Positions 35,320 to 51,311 of a stretch of 64,000 nt of DNA are shown piece after piece (the stretch's first letter is position 1; every line of letters begins with the position of its first letter). This DNA comes from an uncultured delta proteobacterium (GTDB lineage: Bacteria; Myxococcota_A; Polyangia; Fen-1088): positions 96,001-160,000 of the forward strand of contig CAVWIP010000010.1 in NCBI GenBank assembly GCA_963755125.1, written 5' to 3'. Below the pieces are notes generated by a model. The model was not told the origin of the DNA. It saw nothing but the letters and a program-made list of their open reading frames with translations, and searched no databases. The position numbers and the translations under genes are program-made.

Positions 35320-36093
35320 ATGATCCCCATCAGCGACGACAACCAGACCTTGCGCTTTCCGCTGGTGACCATCGCCCTGCTGGTGGTGATGGGCCTGGTG
35401 TGGGTTCTGGTCCAGGGGGCAGGCCTCAGCCCGACCGTGCTGGCGGCCAGCGTGTGCAACCTGGGCCTGGTGCCGGGCGAGCTCACCGGCCGCGCCCCTG
35501 TCGGCGAGGCCGTGCCGCTCGGCCGCGGGCTTCTCTGCCTAGTGGACCGCGACCCCATCAACTACCTGACACCGCTGTTCTCCATGTTCCTGCACGGCGG
35601 CTGGATGCACCTCCTCGGCAACGGCCTGTTCCTCTGGGTGTTCGGCAAGAACGTGGAAGACAGCATGGGGCGGCTGCGCTTTCTGGTCTTCTACTTCGTG
35701 TGCGGCCTGGCGGCTGCGGCCGCGCAGATCGCCATCGACCCCGCGTCGCCGGTTCCCATGGTGGGCGCCTCGGGCGCCATCTCGGGCGTGCTGGGCGCCT
35801 ACCTGATGCTGTATCCACGCGTGCGGGTCAACGTGCTGTTCATCTGGGTGATCTTCGTGCAGGTCATCTCGCTGCCCGCATATCTGGTGCTGCTGTGGTG
35901 GATCGGCCTGCAACTTCTGAGCGGCCTGCCCCAGCTCTCCTCGGTGCGACCTGAAATCTCGTCGGGCGTCGCGGTCTGGGCGCACATCGGCGGCTTCTTC
36001 GCCGGCTTCGTCCTGGTCAAGCTGTTCGAGAACCCGGCGCTGGTCAGCGCGCGCACCCTGGTGCGACGGCGCGCCCATCCCGATCACTGGTAG
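35320..36093 (+). CDS. rhomboid intramembrane serine protease
   Basis: SMFLHGGWMHLLGN, VGASGAISG, WAHIGGF. Confidence 0.95.
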   Translation: MIPISDDNQTLRFPLVTIALLVVMGLVWVLVQGAGLSPTVLAASVCNLGLVPGELTGRAPVGEAVPLGRGLLCLVDRDPINYLTPLFSMFLHGGWMHLLGNGLFLWVFGKNVEDSMGRLRFLVFYFVCGLAAAAAQIAIDPASPVPMVGASGAISGVLGAYLMLYPRVRVNVLFIWVIFVQVISLPAYLVLLWWIGLQLLSGLPQLSSVRPEISSGVAVWAHIGGFFAGFVLVKLFENPALVSARTLVRRRAHPDHW

Positions 36094-36100
36094 GCAAGGG

Positions 36101-37930
36101 ATGCGCAGGGCGACCACCCTCACTGGCTTGGGCATCCTCGTCGTTCTGCTCGCGCCATCTCCGGTGCCCGCTTCCGAGGCCTGTAGCGAATCACCCGAGG
36201 CCCGCGTCTGGTGGTCGCCCGATAATCCTTCGGCCGGCTCGCCCTTGCGACTCATGGTGGTGAGCGAGGAGGCCCGCGACGGGATCATCACGGTCAGCAC
36301 CGCGGGACGGCCGACGCAGAAGCTGGCCACCGTGCGCCGGGGCGGACCGCCCTTCAGCTTCTCCGCCGAGCTACCCACGCCGCCAGCCGGCGAGGTTCGT
36401 GTCGCCCTGGTCTCCGGCGGCCAGACCATCTCCTGCCATCGCATCTCGCTGGCAGCCCGCGGCCGCGCGCTGCCGGCACGCGGCCGGGCGCAAGGGCCGG
36501 GCGCCTGGCCGGTCACTCGTGCCTGGAACCGCAGCCTGGAAGACCTCTACTCGGCGTGGATCGAGCGCCTGTTCGACGCGCCGGCTGACGAAGCGCTGGG
36601 GTTCCCCTCGCTGGCGCCCGTGATCCGCGATCCGGCGCGCAACTTTCTGTGGGGACACCTCGGCCTGCGCGAGGACGATCCCAAGAATCGCGCCGCGCCT
36701 CCGGCGGTGCCCGACTGTGCCGATCTGCCCTACTACCTGCGCGCCACCTTCGCCTGGAAGATGGGATTGCCCTTCGGTCTGCGCGACTGCAACCGCGGCA
36801 GCAGCGACCATCCGCCCACCTGCGGCGCGCTCACCAGTCAGGACGAGCCCGTGACCGGCAGCGACGCTCTCGATCGCTTTCGCAAGTTTCTGCGCCTGCT
36901 GGCCAACAAGGTCCATTCGGGCAGCGCGCGCACCGCGCTCGACGACGACGCGACCGACTTCTACCCGGTCAAGCTGGCGCGTGATGTGCTGCGACCGGGC
37001 CTGATCTACGCCGACCCCTACGGACACGTGATGATGATCGCCAAGTGGGTCGAGCAGGACGGGACAAAGGGCGGGCGCCTCTTTGCCGTGGATGGCCAGC
37101 CCGACAATTCGGTGGGCCGCAAGCGCTTCTGGGAGGGCACCTTTCTCTTCGCCAGCAACGTGAGGAGCGCGGGCCCGGGCTTCAAGGCCTTTCGCCCGGT
37201 GGAAAAGTCGGCCGGGAATGGCGCGACGGTCGCGCTGCCCAACCGTGCGCTGGTCAACGACCGTCGCTTCGCGCCCTTCTCGGCCGAGCAGGCCACCATG
37301 TCGGCCGACGACTTCTACGCGCGCATGGCCAAGCTCATCAACCCCAAGGGCCTGGATGCCGAAGCCACCTACGAGGAAACCCTGAACGCGCTGGTCGAAC
37401 AGCTCGAAACGCGCCTGGGCTCGGTGGACAACGGCGAGCGCTTCATGCGCGAGAAAGGCAACCCGGTGGTGCCCATGCCCGTGGGTGCCAAGATCTTTGA
37501 GACGGTGGGTCCCTGGGAGGACTACGCCACCCCTTCGCGCGACATGCGCCTGCTCATCGCGCTGGACGTGCTGGCGCGCCTGCCGGCCCGCGTGTCAGCG
37601 CACCCCGAGCTGTTCGTGCTGGCTGGCCGCAAGCCCGAGGAGCTTTCTGCCGAAATCGAGAAGCTGCATCAGCGTCGCATCCACGAGCGCTCGGTCGAGT
37701 ACCGGCGCAGCGACGGGACGCCGTTCAGGTTGACGGTAGCCGATGTGTACGCGCGCCGGAGCGCCCTGGAGATGGCGTACAACCCGAACGACTGCGCCGA
37801 GCTGCGCTGGGGTGCCGACCCCACAACCCCGGACTACGCGACCTGCAAGCGACACGCGCCTGCCGAGCAGCGCAGCCGGATGCTGGAGTATAGAGCTTGG
37901 TTCCACGAAGCGCGCCGCCCACCGCGCTAG
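36101..37930 (+). CDS. exported hypothetical protein, possible Cys-His-Asp hydrolase/transferase
   Basis: Signal peptide; PDCADLPYY, YGHVMM, VDGQPD. Confidence 0.6.
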   Translation: MRRATTLTGLGILVVLLAPSPVPASEACSESPEARVWWSPDNPSAGSPLRLMVVSEEARDGIITVSTAGRPTQKLATVRRGGPPFSFSAELPTPPAGEVRVALVSGGQTISCHRISLAARGRALPARGRAQGPGAWPVTRAWNRSLEDLYSAWIERLFDAPADEALGFPSLAPVIRDPARNFLWGHLGLREDDPKNRAAPPAVPDCADLPYYLRATFAWKMGLPFGLRDCNRGSSDHPPTCGALTSQDEPVTGSDALDRFRKFLRLLANKVHSGSARTALDDDATDFYPVKLARDVLRPGLIYADPYGHVMMIAKWVEQDGTKGGRLFAVDGQPDNSVGRKRFWEGTFLFASNVRSAGPGFKAFRPVEKSAGNGATVALPNRALVNDRRFAPFSAEQATMSADDFYARMAKLINPKGLDAEATYEETLNALVEQLETRLGSVDNGERFMREKGNPVVPMPVGAKIFETVGPWEDYATPSRDMRLLIALDVLARLPARVSAHPELFVLAGRKPEELSAEIEKLHQRRIHERSVEYRRSDGTPFRLTVADVYARRSALEMAYNPNDCAELRWGADPTTPDYATCKRHAPAEQRSRMLEYRAWFHEARRPPR

Positions 37931-38103
37931 CTGGCTGTAGTCTGGGGCGCTCCTATGTGCGCAGGTGCGCACCTGGGAGCACGAACAGCCTTGCGCCCCA
38001 TGAAATGTTTTCTTAGCCGAGGCTGTATCTATCTTATGATCGAGGAGGATTCTTCCGAGGATTATTGATGGCCGCACCTTTGCAAGCACAGGATCGGGGA
38101 GTC

Positions 38104-38655
38104 ATGTCGCGAAGACGCAGTCGGCAGGCTGGATTCACTGTCACCGAGATGATGGTGGTGCTCGTCATCATCGGGTTGCTTGCTGCCGTGGCGACCCCGT
38201 CCTTGACCAGGGACAGCAAAGCTCGCAAGGGGCGCGACTTCGCCAACTACGTCGCACAGGCCATGCAGCGCGCCCACCTCGATGCCATGAGCTTGCGCGT
38301 TCCGACCTTCACGCTGATCTGCGGGAGCTCGGTGCTCACCTACCGCAACGACCAGAACCCGCCCCTGCGCAGCCTGTACGCCCCCACGGGCGTTGCCATC
38401 TGGGACGCCAACATAACCAACACCGTGCCATCAAGTGCCGTCCTCCCCACGAATCAAGGCAGCGGCTGCGTCTGGCTTTACTTCAACTCCATGGGCAACG
38501 CCGGCACCAACGTCGCCTCCGCGAACCTGGCTAACTGGACCGTCTATATTCGCAACACGAACCTGCCCCCCACTCACCCCGACGGCGGCTTTGTGATTGG
38601 GGTGACAGGTCTCACGTCGTTTGTCTCCACACGCAACTTCACCTTCTCACACTGA
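38104..38655 (+). CDS. type IV minor pilin, FimU/FimT-like
   Basis: G|FTVTEMMVVLVIIGLLAAVATP; YFNSMG. Confidence 0.8.
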   Translation: MSRRRSRQAGFTVTEMMVVLVIIGLLAAVATPSLTRDSKARKGRDFANYVAQAMQRAHLDAMSLRVPTFTLICGSSVLTYRNDQNPPLRSLYAPTGVAIWDANITNTVPSSAVLPTNQGSGCVWLYFNSMGNAGTNVASANLANWTVYIRNTNLPPTHPDGGFVIGVTGLTSFVSTRNFTFSH

Positions 38656-38657
38656 CC

Positions 38658-39142
38658 ATGAGGCGCAATTCTGGATTCACACTGATCGAGGTTCTGGTGG
38701 CTCTGCTGCTGGGAGCCGTCGGATTGCTGGGAACCCTGGCGGTGCAGCAGGCCGTGATCAGCGCCTCGAAGTCTGCCAACGATGCGGCCGTGGCCCTGCG
38801 CCTGGCCAGCCAGAAGATCGAGGAGTTCAGCACCGTGCTGACCACTGGAAGCCCTTTGAGCGCGACCCCGCCCAACGTGGACCAGTTCCAGTCGCCAGTC
38901 GCCATCGCGAACCCGATCGGGACTGCCACCTGGAGTTCCCCGGTCTATATGAACGCCGAGGGCGCGCAGCTTACTGCTGCTCCCACCGGCGCGACGAACG
39001 TCGCCGCATACCGGTGGATCCGCAGGTGGCGGGTCATCAACCTGGGCGTCGCCCAGCCCTACGTGATCTCGGTGACCGTCACCTACAACAGCGACACCGG
39101 AACCCCGAAGACCGTCCGCCTGGACATGGAACGGAGGAAGTC

Positions 39143-39149
<7 letters not shown>
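38658..39149 (+). CDS. type IV minor pilin, PilV-like
   Basis: G|FTLIEVLVALLL..GLLG; A..LASQKIEE. Confidence 0.82.
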
Positions 39150-42831
<3,682 letters not shown>

Positions 42832-42849
42832 AGGACCCCCAGAATACGC

Positions 42850-42895
42850 GAAGCCCACCGCCCGCTGACCCTGAGGTCAACCAGCGATGGGCTTC
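42850..42895. terminator. hairpin between convergent pilX and groL, possible bidirectional terminator
   Basis: GAAGCCCA..TGACC-CTGA-GGTCA..TGGGCTTC. Confidence 0.5.
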
Positions 42896-42926
42896 TTCGA
42901 TACTGCGCTGATGGCCGGGAGGCTGA

Positions 42927-44917
<1,991 letters not shown>

Positions 44918-44941
44918 CGTCTTCTTGCCTCCCGGTGCTGG

Positions 44942-44968
44942 TTAGCAGTCGCCCCTCGCGACTGCCAG
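44942..44968 (-). promoter_or_regulatory. CIRCE-like HrcA operator
   Basis: TTAGCAGTC-N9-GACTGCCAG versus consensus TTAGCACTC-N9-GAGTGCTAA, directly upstream of groS. Confidence 0.8.
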
Positions 44969-45079
44969 GCCGCAAACATATGCACAAGCGCGCGAGAGTC
45001 AACCGCCCAGGACGAAAAAACTGGCTCGGCGACACCTATGTTGCAACGCACTGGAAGCTAACTGGGCGCTTTTATTCGA

Positions 45080-45937
45080 CTAGCTAGCCTGCCCCAACCT
45101 CAGATTGTCGATGAGCCGTGTCCCGCCCACGAAGGTGGCCACCAGCATGACAGCGGGCCGGTCGATGAGATCGAGCGGCTGGAGATCGTCGGACGCACGG
45201 ATTTCGAGATAGTCGATGCGGTCCACCCGACCCGCGATCTTGGCCCTGGCGGCTTCCAGCAGGACCGACGCGCGGCGCTCGCCCTTTTCGACCAGAGCGC
45301 GAGCGTCGGACAAGCCCGCGAAAAGCGCAGTCGCCCGCTGGCGGTCGGACGCCGACAGGTAAGCGTTGCGCGAGGACATGGCCAGCCCGTCCGGCTCGCG
45401 CACGGTCGGCAACCCGACCACTTCGATCGGCAGGTTCAAGTCCGTCACCATGCGCCGGATGACCGCGAGTTGCTGGAAGTCCTTCTCGCCGAAGAACGCG
45501 AGGTGCGGCCGCACGATGTTGAACAGCTTGCAAACCACGGTGGCCACGCCCACGAAGTGGCCAGGTCGGCGCGCGCCACACAGCCCCTGCGACACCTCGC
45601 GCACGTCGATGGCGGTCTGGAAGCCCGGGCCGTACATGCTGGCCGCCTCGGGCACGAAGGCCACGGTGCAGCCCACGCTGGCAGCCTTGGCCAGATCGCC
45701 AGGCAGGTCGCGCGGGTACTTGGCCAGGTCTTCCTGCGGGCCGAATTGCATGGGATTGACGAAGATTGAAAGCACAAGCTTCCGGGCGCGGCGCCGGCCT
45801 TCGGCCAAAAGCGACAGGTGCCCGGCGTGCAGCGCGCCCATGGTTGGCACCAGGGCGATGCGCTCGCCCTGCCCGCGTGCCGCCTCGGACCAGGCGCTCA
45901 TGGCCGCAGGATCCGCGATCGCGGGCACGTCGCTCAC
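45080..45937 (-). CDS. panC: pantoate-beta-alanine ligase
   Basis: VPTMGALHAGH, FGEKDFQQ, GLAMSSRN, RLIDN. Confidence 0.97.
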   Translation of the reverse strand: MSDVPAIADPAAMSAWSEAARGQGERIALVPTMGALHAGHLSLLAEGRRRARKLVLSIFVNPMQFGPQEDLAKYPRDLPGDLAKAASVGCTVAFVPEAASMYGPGFQTAIDVREVSQGLCGARRPGHFVGVATVVCKLFNIVRPHLAFFGEKDFQQLAVIRRMVTDLNLPIEVVGLPTVREPDGLAMSSRNAYLSASDRQRATALFAGLSDARALVEKGERRASVLLEAARAKIAGRVDRIDYLEIRASDDLQPLDLIDRPAVMLVATFVGGTRLIDNLRLGQAS

Positions 45938-46746
45938 GAGAAAGATTCCTTCTTCGACGGGAAGCGTCCCGCGCGCACGTCAGCGGCGAAATCAGCGAAG
46001 GCCTTTTCCGTCGTACGACCGAGTTCGGCATAGCGGCGGGCGAAGCGCGGCGACCAATCCGGGTCGAGCCCGAGCAAGTCGTGCATCACCAGCACCTGGC
46101 CGTCGCAGGACGGCCCGGCGCCGATGCCGATGCTGGGCACGGGCACGGCTGCGGTGATCTCCGCGGCCAGCGCCGCCGGAATGCTCTCCAGCACCATCGC
46201 GTAAACACCCGCATCGGCGATGGCGTGCGCGCCGGCCGCGATGGTGCGCGCCTGCGCTTCAGAGCGACCCTGCAACTTGAAACCGCCGAACTTGTGCACC
46301 GACTGCGGCGTCATGCCCACGTGACCCACGACAGGGATGCCGACGGAAACCAGGCGACGGACCAGTTCGGCCACTTCCTCGCCGCCTTCCAGTTTCACCG
46401 CCTCGGCCCCGCCTTCTTTCAGCAGACGGCCGGCTGCACGCATGCCGTCTTCCACGCTCGCCTGGTAGCTCATGAACGGCATGTCCACCACCACATGAGC
46501 CGCCGCCACGCCCCGGGCCACGGCGCGACTGTGGTAAATCATCTCGTCGAGCGTGACCGGCAAGGTGCTGGCCTGGCCCTGCACGACCATGCCCAGGCTG
46601 TCGCCCACCAGAACGATGTCCACGCCGGCGCGGTCAGCCAGGCGGGCAAAGGCCACGTCGTAGGCGGTGACAGCAACGATCTTGTCGCCCTGGCTCTTGC
46701 GCTCGCGCAGCGAAACCGCGGTGATCTTCTTTCCTTGCGCTGCCAT
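45934..46746 (-). CDS. panB: 3-methyl-2-oxobutanoate hydroxymethyltransferase
   Basis: TAYD, LVGDSLG, VKLEGG, GIGAG..DGQVLV; ATG 46746. Confidence 0.97.
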   Translation of the reverse strand: MAAQGKKITAVSLRERKSQGDKIVAVTAYDVAFARLADRAGVDIVLVGDSLGMVVQGQASTLPVTLDEMIYHSRAVARGVAAAHVVVDMPFMSYQASVEDGMRAAGRLLKEGGAEAVKLEGGEEVAELVRRLVSVGIPVVGHVGMTPQSVHKFGGFKLQGRSEAQARTIAAGAHAIADAGVYAMVLESIPAALAAEITAAVPVPSIGIGAGPSCDGQVLVMHDLLGLDPDWSPRFARRYAELGRTTEKAFADFAADVRAGRFPSKKESFS

Positions 46747-46792
46747 TTGCCGGTACCTTCCCACGAGTTGGCAGGACTTGCACGACCAGCCG

Positions 46793-47443
46793 CTACCGCC
46801 GGCTCCAGTGGTTCACCCCTGCGCGGGTCTGCGAAATCACCTCCAGCAACGCCGCGCGGTCCTCGGTGTTGCCCACGAAGTCGATCTCCGAGGCATCCAC
46901 GATGAGCAGCGGGCCGTCGTCGTAGGCGAAGAAGAACTCGGAGTAGGCCCTGGCCACCTCGCGCAGGTACTCCCGGCGGATGGGTTTCTCCTCGGGCCGT
47001 CCCCGCTTCTCGACCCGCTCCAACAAGACCTCGGCACGCGCGTGCAGGTACACCACCAGATCGGGCGCCACCACGCGGGGCCGCAGCGCCTGATACACGC
47101 GATCGTAGAGCGCCAGCTCGTCGGGCGACAGGGTCAGGGTGGCGAATAGGCGATCCTTGGCAAAGAGATAGTCGGCCACCAGGCCGCCCGGCTCGAACAG
47201 GCTACCCTGGGCCAGGTCGGTCTGTTGCCCGTAGCGCTGCAGGAGGAAGAAGAGCTGCGCCGACAGGGCGAAGCGTTTCGGGTCGCGGTAGAAGGAAGCC
47301 AGAAAGGGATTGCCGCCGGGGTCTTCGCTCACCAGTCGCGCGCCCAGGCTTTCGGCCAGGATCTCGGCCAGGCTGCTCTTGCCCACGCCGATGGGGCCTT
47401 CCACCGCGATGTAGCGAGGCCGCTGTTGTGGCTGTCTGGTCAC
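46793..47443 (-). CDS. deoxynucleoside kinase family protein
   Basis: IAVEGPIGVGKS P-loop; QLFFL..R; PDLVVYL. Confidence 0.92.
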   Translation of the reverse strand: MTRQPQQRPRYIAVEGPIGVGKSSLAEILAESLGARLVSEDPGGNPFLASFYRDPKRFALSAQLFFLLQRYGQQTDLAQGSLFEPGGLVADYLFAKDRLFATLTLSPDELALYDRVYQALRPRVVAPDLVVYLHARAEVLLERVEKRGRPEEKPIRREYLREVARAYSEFFFAYDDGPLLIVDASEIDFVGNTEDRAALLEVISQTRAGVNHWSRR

Positions 47444-48738
47444 GGGTCGGCTTCCTGACGCCTTATCGCTAGCACGATTTCCAGCCGAGCCGAAGTAACC
47501 GAGTGCCGGGTCGGCCGCGCTACGCGCAATCCGGATTTCACCCGGCGAGAAACGCAGGCCGCAAAGCCCCGCCAGTCAGGCGAAAGCCCGTAGCCCACGT
47601 CCCCACCCATCTCGACCGCCACCTGACGCAAAACGCCCCGGGCATCGATTTCGAGCGAGAGCGCCAAGCGAAGCGTGCTGGGCGCCGAGTCCGGGACTGC
47701 GTCCATGCAGGGCTCGATCAGGCGCGGGCGGCTGCGCCAGGCGGCATCGATCAAGGGTGCCGGCAACGGGCCCTCGGCACGCACGGTGGCGGCGGCTGCC
47801 ACGCGGGCGCGGCGATGTGGACGCGGCGGATCTTCTGCGCCCGCTGCTGCAAGTTCGAGCAGGTGGTTCTCGGCCTGCGTTCTCCAGCGGCCCTCGGGCT
47901 GAGCCGCCAGGAAACGCTGAAAGGCTTGCATCGCCTCGCTGGCCTTGCCCGACACCGAGAGAGCCAGCCCGCGGTAGTAGTGGACCTCGGCCGCGGGCAC
48001 CAGGGCTGCCCCAGAATGCGGATCGGCCGCGGCGTCGAGCAACGCGAGTTCAGGATCACAACCGAGCGCTCGTGCCATGGTCTGGCGAGCGTCGATATCG
48101 CGGGCCGCGCGGTCTTGCGCCACGGCCAGGCCATAGAGCGCTCGCGCCCGCGTGCTGTCGGATTCCGGCCGGTGCTGGTCCAGCGAATCAGTCGCCTTGC
48201 CGAAGCGTGCCTCGGCCTCATCCAGTCGACCGAGGGCCATGTGCAATTCTGCCGCCCTGGTGTGCACCGCGGGCAGGGTGCGAGGATCCGCGATCTCCAA
48301 ATGGCGATCGTACTCGCGCAAGGCCTCGACCAACTGGCCCGCTTGCGCGCGCGCGGCTGCCAGAGCCAGGCTGCAGGGAAAGACCTGGTTGGGACCGTGT
48401 GCCAGGCTGCACGCGCGCTCAAGCGTGGTCACAGCTTCGCCTGCGCGGTCGGTACGAACCAGCACATCACCCAGAGCGACCAGCGCGGACACGTCGTGCG
48501 GCTGCTGGCCGAGTGCCTGGCGTAGCCAGATCTCCGCCCGGTGCAGTGCCTGTTTCTCTGCCGCAGGATTGCCGACCGGCGCGGCCGACAGCTCGACCCG
48601 CGCCCTGTCTATCAGCGCGCCTGCTGGTTCTGACCGCGCATCTTGCGAGTCGCCGGCGTCCGCAGCCGGCTGCGCTGCGACGGCGCGAGCACTCGCGACC
48701 GCCACGGTCATGACCACCATAACCGCACGGCGAAACAT
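47440..48738 (-). CDS. exported TPR-repeat protein with C-terminal TonB-C/AgmX-like domain
   Basis: Signal peptide from ATG 48738; TPR-like helices (VHYYRGLAL..EAMQAFQRFL); C-terminal LSLEIDARG..FAACV. Confidence 0.65.
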   Translation of the reverse strand: MFRRAVMVVMTVAVASARAVAAQPAADAGDSQDARSEPAGALIDRARVELSAAPVGNPAAEKQALHRAEIWLRQALGQQPHDVSALVALGDVLVRTDRAGEAVTTLERACSLAHGPNQVFPCSLALAAARAQAGQLVEALREYDRHLEIADPRTLPAVHTRAAELHMALGRLDEAEARFGKATDSLDQHRPESDSTRARALYGLAVAQDRAARDIDARQTMARALGCDPELALLDAAADPHSGAALVPAAEVHYYRGLALSVSGKASEAMQAFQRFLAAQPEGRWRTQAENHLLELAAAGAEDPPRPHRRARVAAAATVRAEGPLPAPLIDAAWRSRPRLIEPCMDAVPDSAPSTLRLALSLEIDARGVLRQVAVEMGGDVGYGLSPDWRGFAACVSRRVKSGLRVARPTRHSVTSARLEIVLAIRRQEADP

Positions 48739-48823
48739 GTGAGTTCCAGTGTAGCAGAGCCGCCCGAGGGGCCGAGAAGCCCGCTTGCGCCCGGAAGGTT
48801 CCTCTATAACCTTGCCCACTGAA

Positions 48824-50293
48824 ATGAAAAATCCACCTCTCAAGTACGATCTAAAGCAGATCGCCTACGACGCCATGACGGCCCATGGGTTCGAAGCCGA
48901 TTTTCCTGCGGCTGCGCTCGATCAGGCCGCCGCGATTCGCGAGCCGGCCCGGAATCCCTCCGACGGTCTCGTCGACTTGACCCAGCTTGCCTGGTGTTCC
49001 ATCGACAACGACGACTCGCGCGATCTGGATCAGGTCTCGGTGTCGGAAACCCTGCCTGGCGGCCTGATCAAACTGCTGGTGGGCGTGGCCGATGTGGACG
49101 CCTTGCTGCGGCGCGATTCACCGCTCGATCTGCACGCGCGCCGGAACACCACCTCGGTGTACACGGGAATCCGCACCTTCCCCATGCTTCCCGAGCGGCT
49201 CTCGTGCGACCTCACTTCACTCAACCAGGGCCAGGATCGCATCGCCTTCGTGTTTGAATTTGCGGTAGGGCTCGACGGCCGCGTGGGGGATTCGCGCGTG
49301 TACCGGGCCTGGGTGCGCAACCAGGCCCAGCTCACCTACAACGCCGTGGCCGCGTGGCTGGAGGGCAACGGTCCCTTGCCGGCTGCCGCCGCGAAGGTGC
49401 CAGGGCTGGACGCACAGCTTCGCGTGCAGGACGCCGCTGCCCAGCGCCTGCGGCAGGCGCGCCACGAGCAGGGCGCGCTGGATCTGGAAACGCTGCAGCC
49501 CCGGCCCGTTACCGAGAACGATGTCGTGGTGGACCTGGTGGCGGAGCCGCAGAACCGGGCGCAGGAACTGATCGAGGATCTCATGGTGGCCGCCAACGGC
49601 GTCACCACCCGCTACTTGACCGGCAAGGGCCTTCCTACTTTCCGGCGCGTGGTGCGCTCGCCGGAACGCTGGCAACGGATCGTGGCGACTGCGGCGGCCC
49701 TGGGCTGCAAACTGCCGGAGGACGCCGATGCCAAGGCGCTCAACGCTTTCCTGTCCGAACGGAAGGTGAAGGATCCCTTGCGCTTTCCCGACCTGTCACT
49801 GACCGTGGTGAAACTCATGGGTCGAGGCGAATACGTGCTGGAGCTGCCGGGCCAGGCGCCGCTGGGGCATTTCGGCCTGGCCGTGCGGGACTACAGCCAT
49901 TCCACCGCTCCCAACCGGCGCTATCCCGATCTGGTCACCCACCGTCGGCTCAAGGCCGCGCTGTCGGGCGCGGCTGAACCCGGGCTCGGCGATCTCGCAG
50001 CGCTGGCAGCCCACTGCACCGAATGTGAGAACGAAGCCGACAAGGTCGAGCGCCAGGTGCGCAAGTCCGCGGGTGCGGCCCTGCTCTCCGACCGCATCGG
50101 CGAGAGCTTCGAGGCCATCGTCACCGGCGCCTCGGACAAGGGCACCTGGGTCCGCCTGTTCCGTCCGGCGGTGGAAGGCAAGGTGGTGCGGGGGGAAAAG
50201 GGGCTGGACGTGGGCGACCGCTGTCGGGTCAAGCTGGTCGAGGTCAGCGTGCCCAACGGCTGGATCGATTTCTCGGTCACCAGCCAGGCGTGA
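48824..50293 (+). CDS. RNB-domain exoribonuclease (RNase II/R family, short form)
   Basis: SIDNDDSRDLDQ, LIEDLMVAAN, HSTAPNRRYPDL, C-terminal S1 domain. Confidence 0.92.
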   Translation: MKNPPLKYDLKQIAYDAMTAHGFEADFPAAALDQAAAIREPARNPSDGLVDLTQLAWCSIDNDDSRDLDQVSVSETLPGGLIKLLVGVADVDALLRRDSPLDLHARRNTTSVYTGIRTFPMLPERLSCDLTSLNQGQDRIAFVFEFAVGLDGRVGDSRVYRAWVRNQAQLTYNAVAAWLEGNGPLPAAAAKVPGLDAQLRVQDAAAQRLRQARHEQGALDLETLQPRPVTENDVVVDLVAEPQNRAQELIEDLMVAANGVTTRYLTGKGLPTFRRVVRSPERWQRIVATAAALGCKLPEDADAKALNAFLSERKVKDPLRFPDLSLTVVKLMGRGEYVLELPGQAPLGHFGLAVRDYSHSTAPNRRYPDLVTHRRLKAALSGAAEPGLGDLAALAAHCTECENEADKVERQVRKSAGAALLSDRIGESFEAIVTGASDKGTWVRLFRPAVEGKVVRGEKGLDVGDRCRVKLVEVSVPNGWIDFSVTSQA

Positions 50294-50330
50294 AGCGAGG
50301 CGACCTCCGCCCGACCGGGCTCGGCCACCG

Positions 50331-51311
50331 TCACAGCAGCAGGATGCGCGTGCCGTCGAAATCGAAACGGAAGCGCAACTCTTCGAGCCCCGCGTCGGCC
50401 ATGGCCCGCGCCAGCTTCCGGCGATTCTCGGCGTAAAACAGCAAAAATCCCCCGCCCCCTGCCCCGACGAGTTTTCCGCCGATGGCGCCGTTGGCGCGAG
50501 CCAGGGCGTACCACGCATCGATCTTGGGATTGGAGATAGCGCCCGATCGGCGCTTCTTGACCTCCCAGTGCTCGTGAAAGATCTCGCCCAGCTCCGCGCA
50601 GCGCCCCGCCTCCAGCGCGCGCTGGCTGCGCAGGCCGAGCTCCTTGACGAAGTGCAGATTCTCGATCACCGCCGCGTCGTCCTTGCGCGTGCGCAAATCC
50701 TGATCCTGCAGGATGACACTGGCACTGCGATCGAACCCGGTGAAGAAGAGCGCCAGGTTGTCCTCGAGATCGAAGAGCGTCGCGGGACTCAGCTTGAGCG
50801 GGGCCACGTCCACCTGATCGTTGCGGTGGAACTGGAAGCTGGTGATCCCGCCGTAGGCCGAAACATACTGGTCTTGCTTGCCCACGGGCGAGGCCAGGCG
50901 GTCGATCTCGATCTCGCAGGCCAGGCTAGCAATCTCGCCGGTCTCCATCGGCTTCTTCTGGTAGGCGCCGATGGCTTTCACCAGCGCGGCGGTGAACGCC
51001 CCCGAGGAGCCCAGCCCGGTGCCCGAGGGAATGTCGGCCAGCGTGGTGATCTCGATCTGCCAGGGATCCGGCGACATCATGCGCAGGGTCTCGCGCATGA
51101 TGGGGTGTTGCACCTGATCCACGCGCTCGACCCGTTCCAGACTGGAGTACTTCAGGAAGATCCCGGGCGTGAAGGGCCGGATCACCGAAACGTAGACGTA
51201 CTTGTCGATGGCGGCGGAGATGAGCGCGCCGCCGTGGTTGCGGTAGTAGGACGGCAGGTCCGTGCCCCCGCCCCCCAGAGTGATGCGCAACGGGCTTCTG
51301 ACGATGATCAT
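50331..51311 (-). CDS. GHMP sugar kinase, HddA-like
   Basis: SPLRITLGGGGTD, PSGTGLGSS, GKQDQY, GKLVGAGGGG. Confidence 0.88.
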   Translation of the reverse strand: MIIVRSPLRITLGGGGTDLPSYYRNHGGALISAAIDKYVYVSVIRPFTPGIFLKYSSLERVERVDQVQHPIMRETLRMMSPDPWQIEITTLADIPSGTGLGSSGAFTAALVKAIGAYQKKPMETGEIASLACEIEIDRLASPVGKQDQYVSAYGGITSFQFHRNDQVDVAPLKLSPATLFDLEDNLALFFTGFDRSASVILQDQDLRTRKDDAAVIENLHFVKELGLRSQRALEAGRCAELGEIFHEHWEVKKRRSGAISNPKIDAWYALARANGAIGGKLVGAGGGGFLLFYAENRRKLARAMADAGLEELRFRFDFDGTRILLL

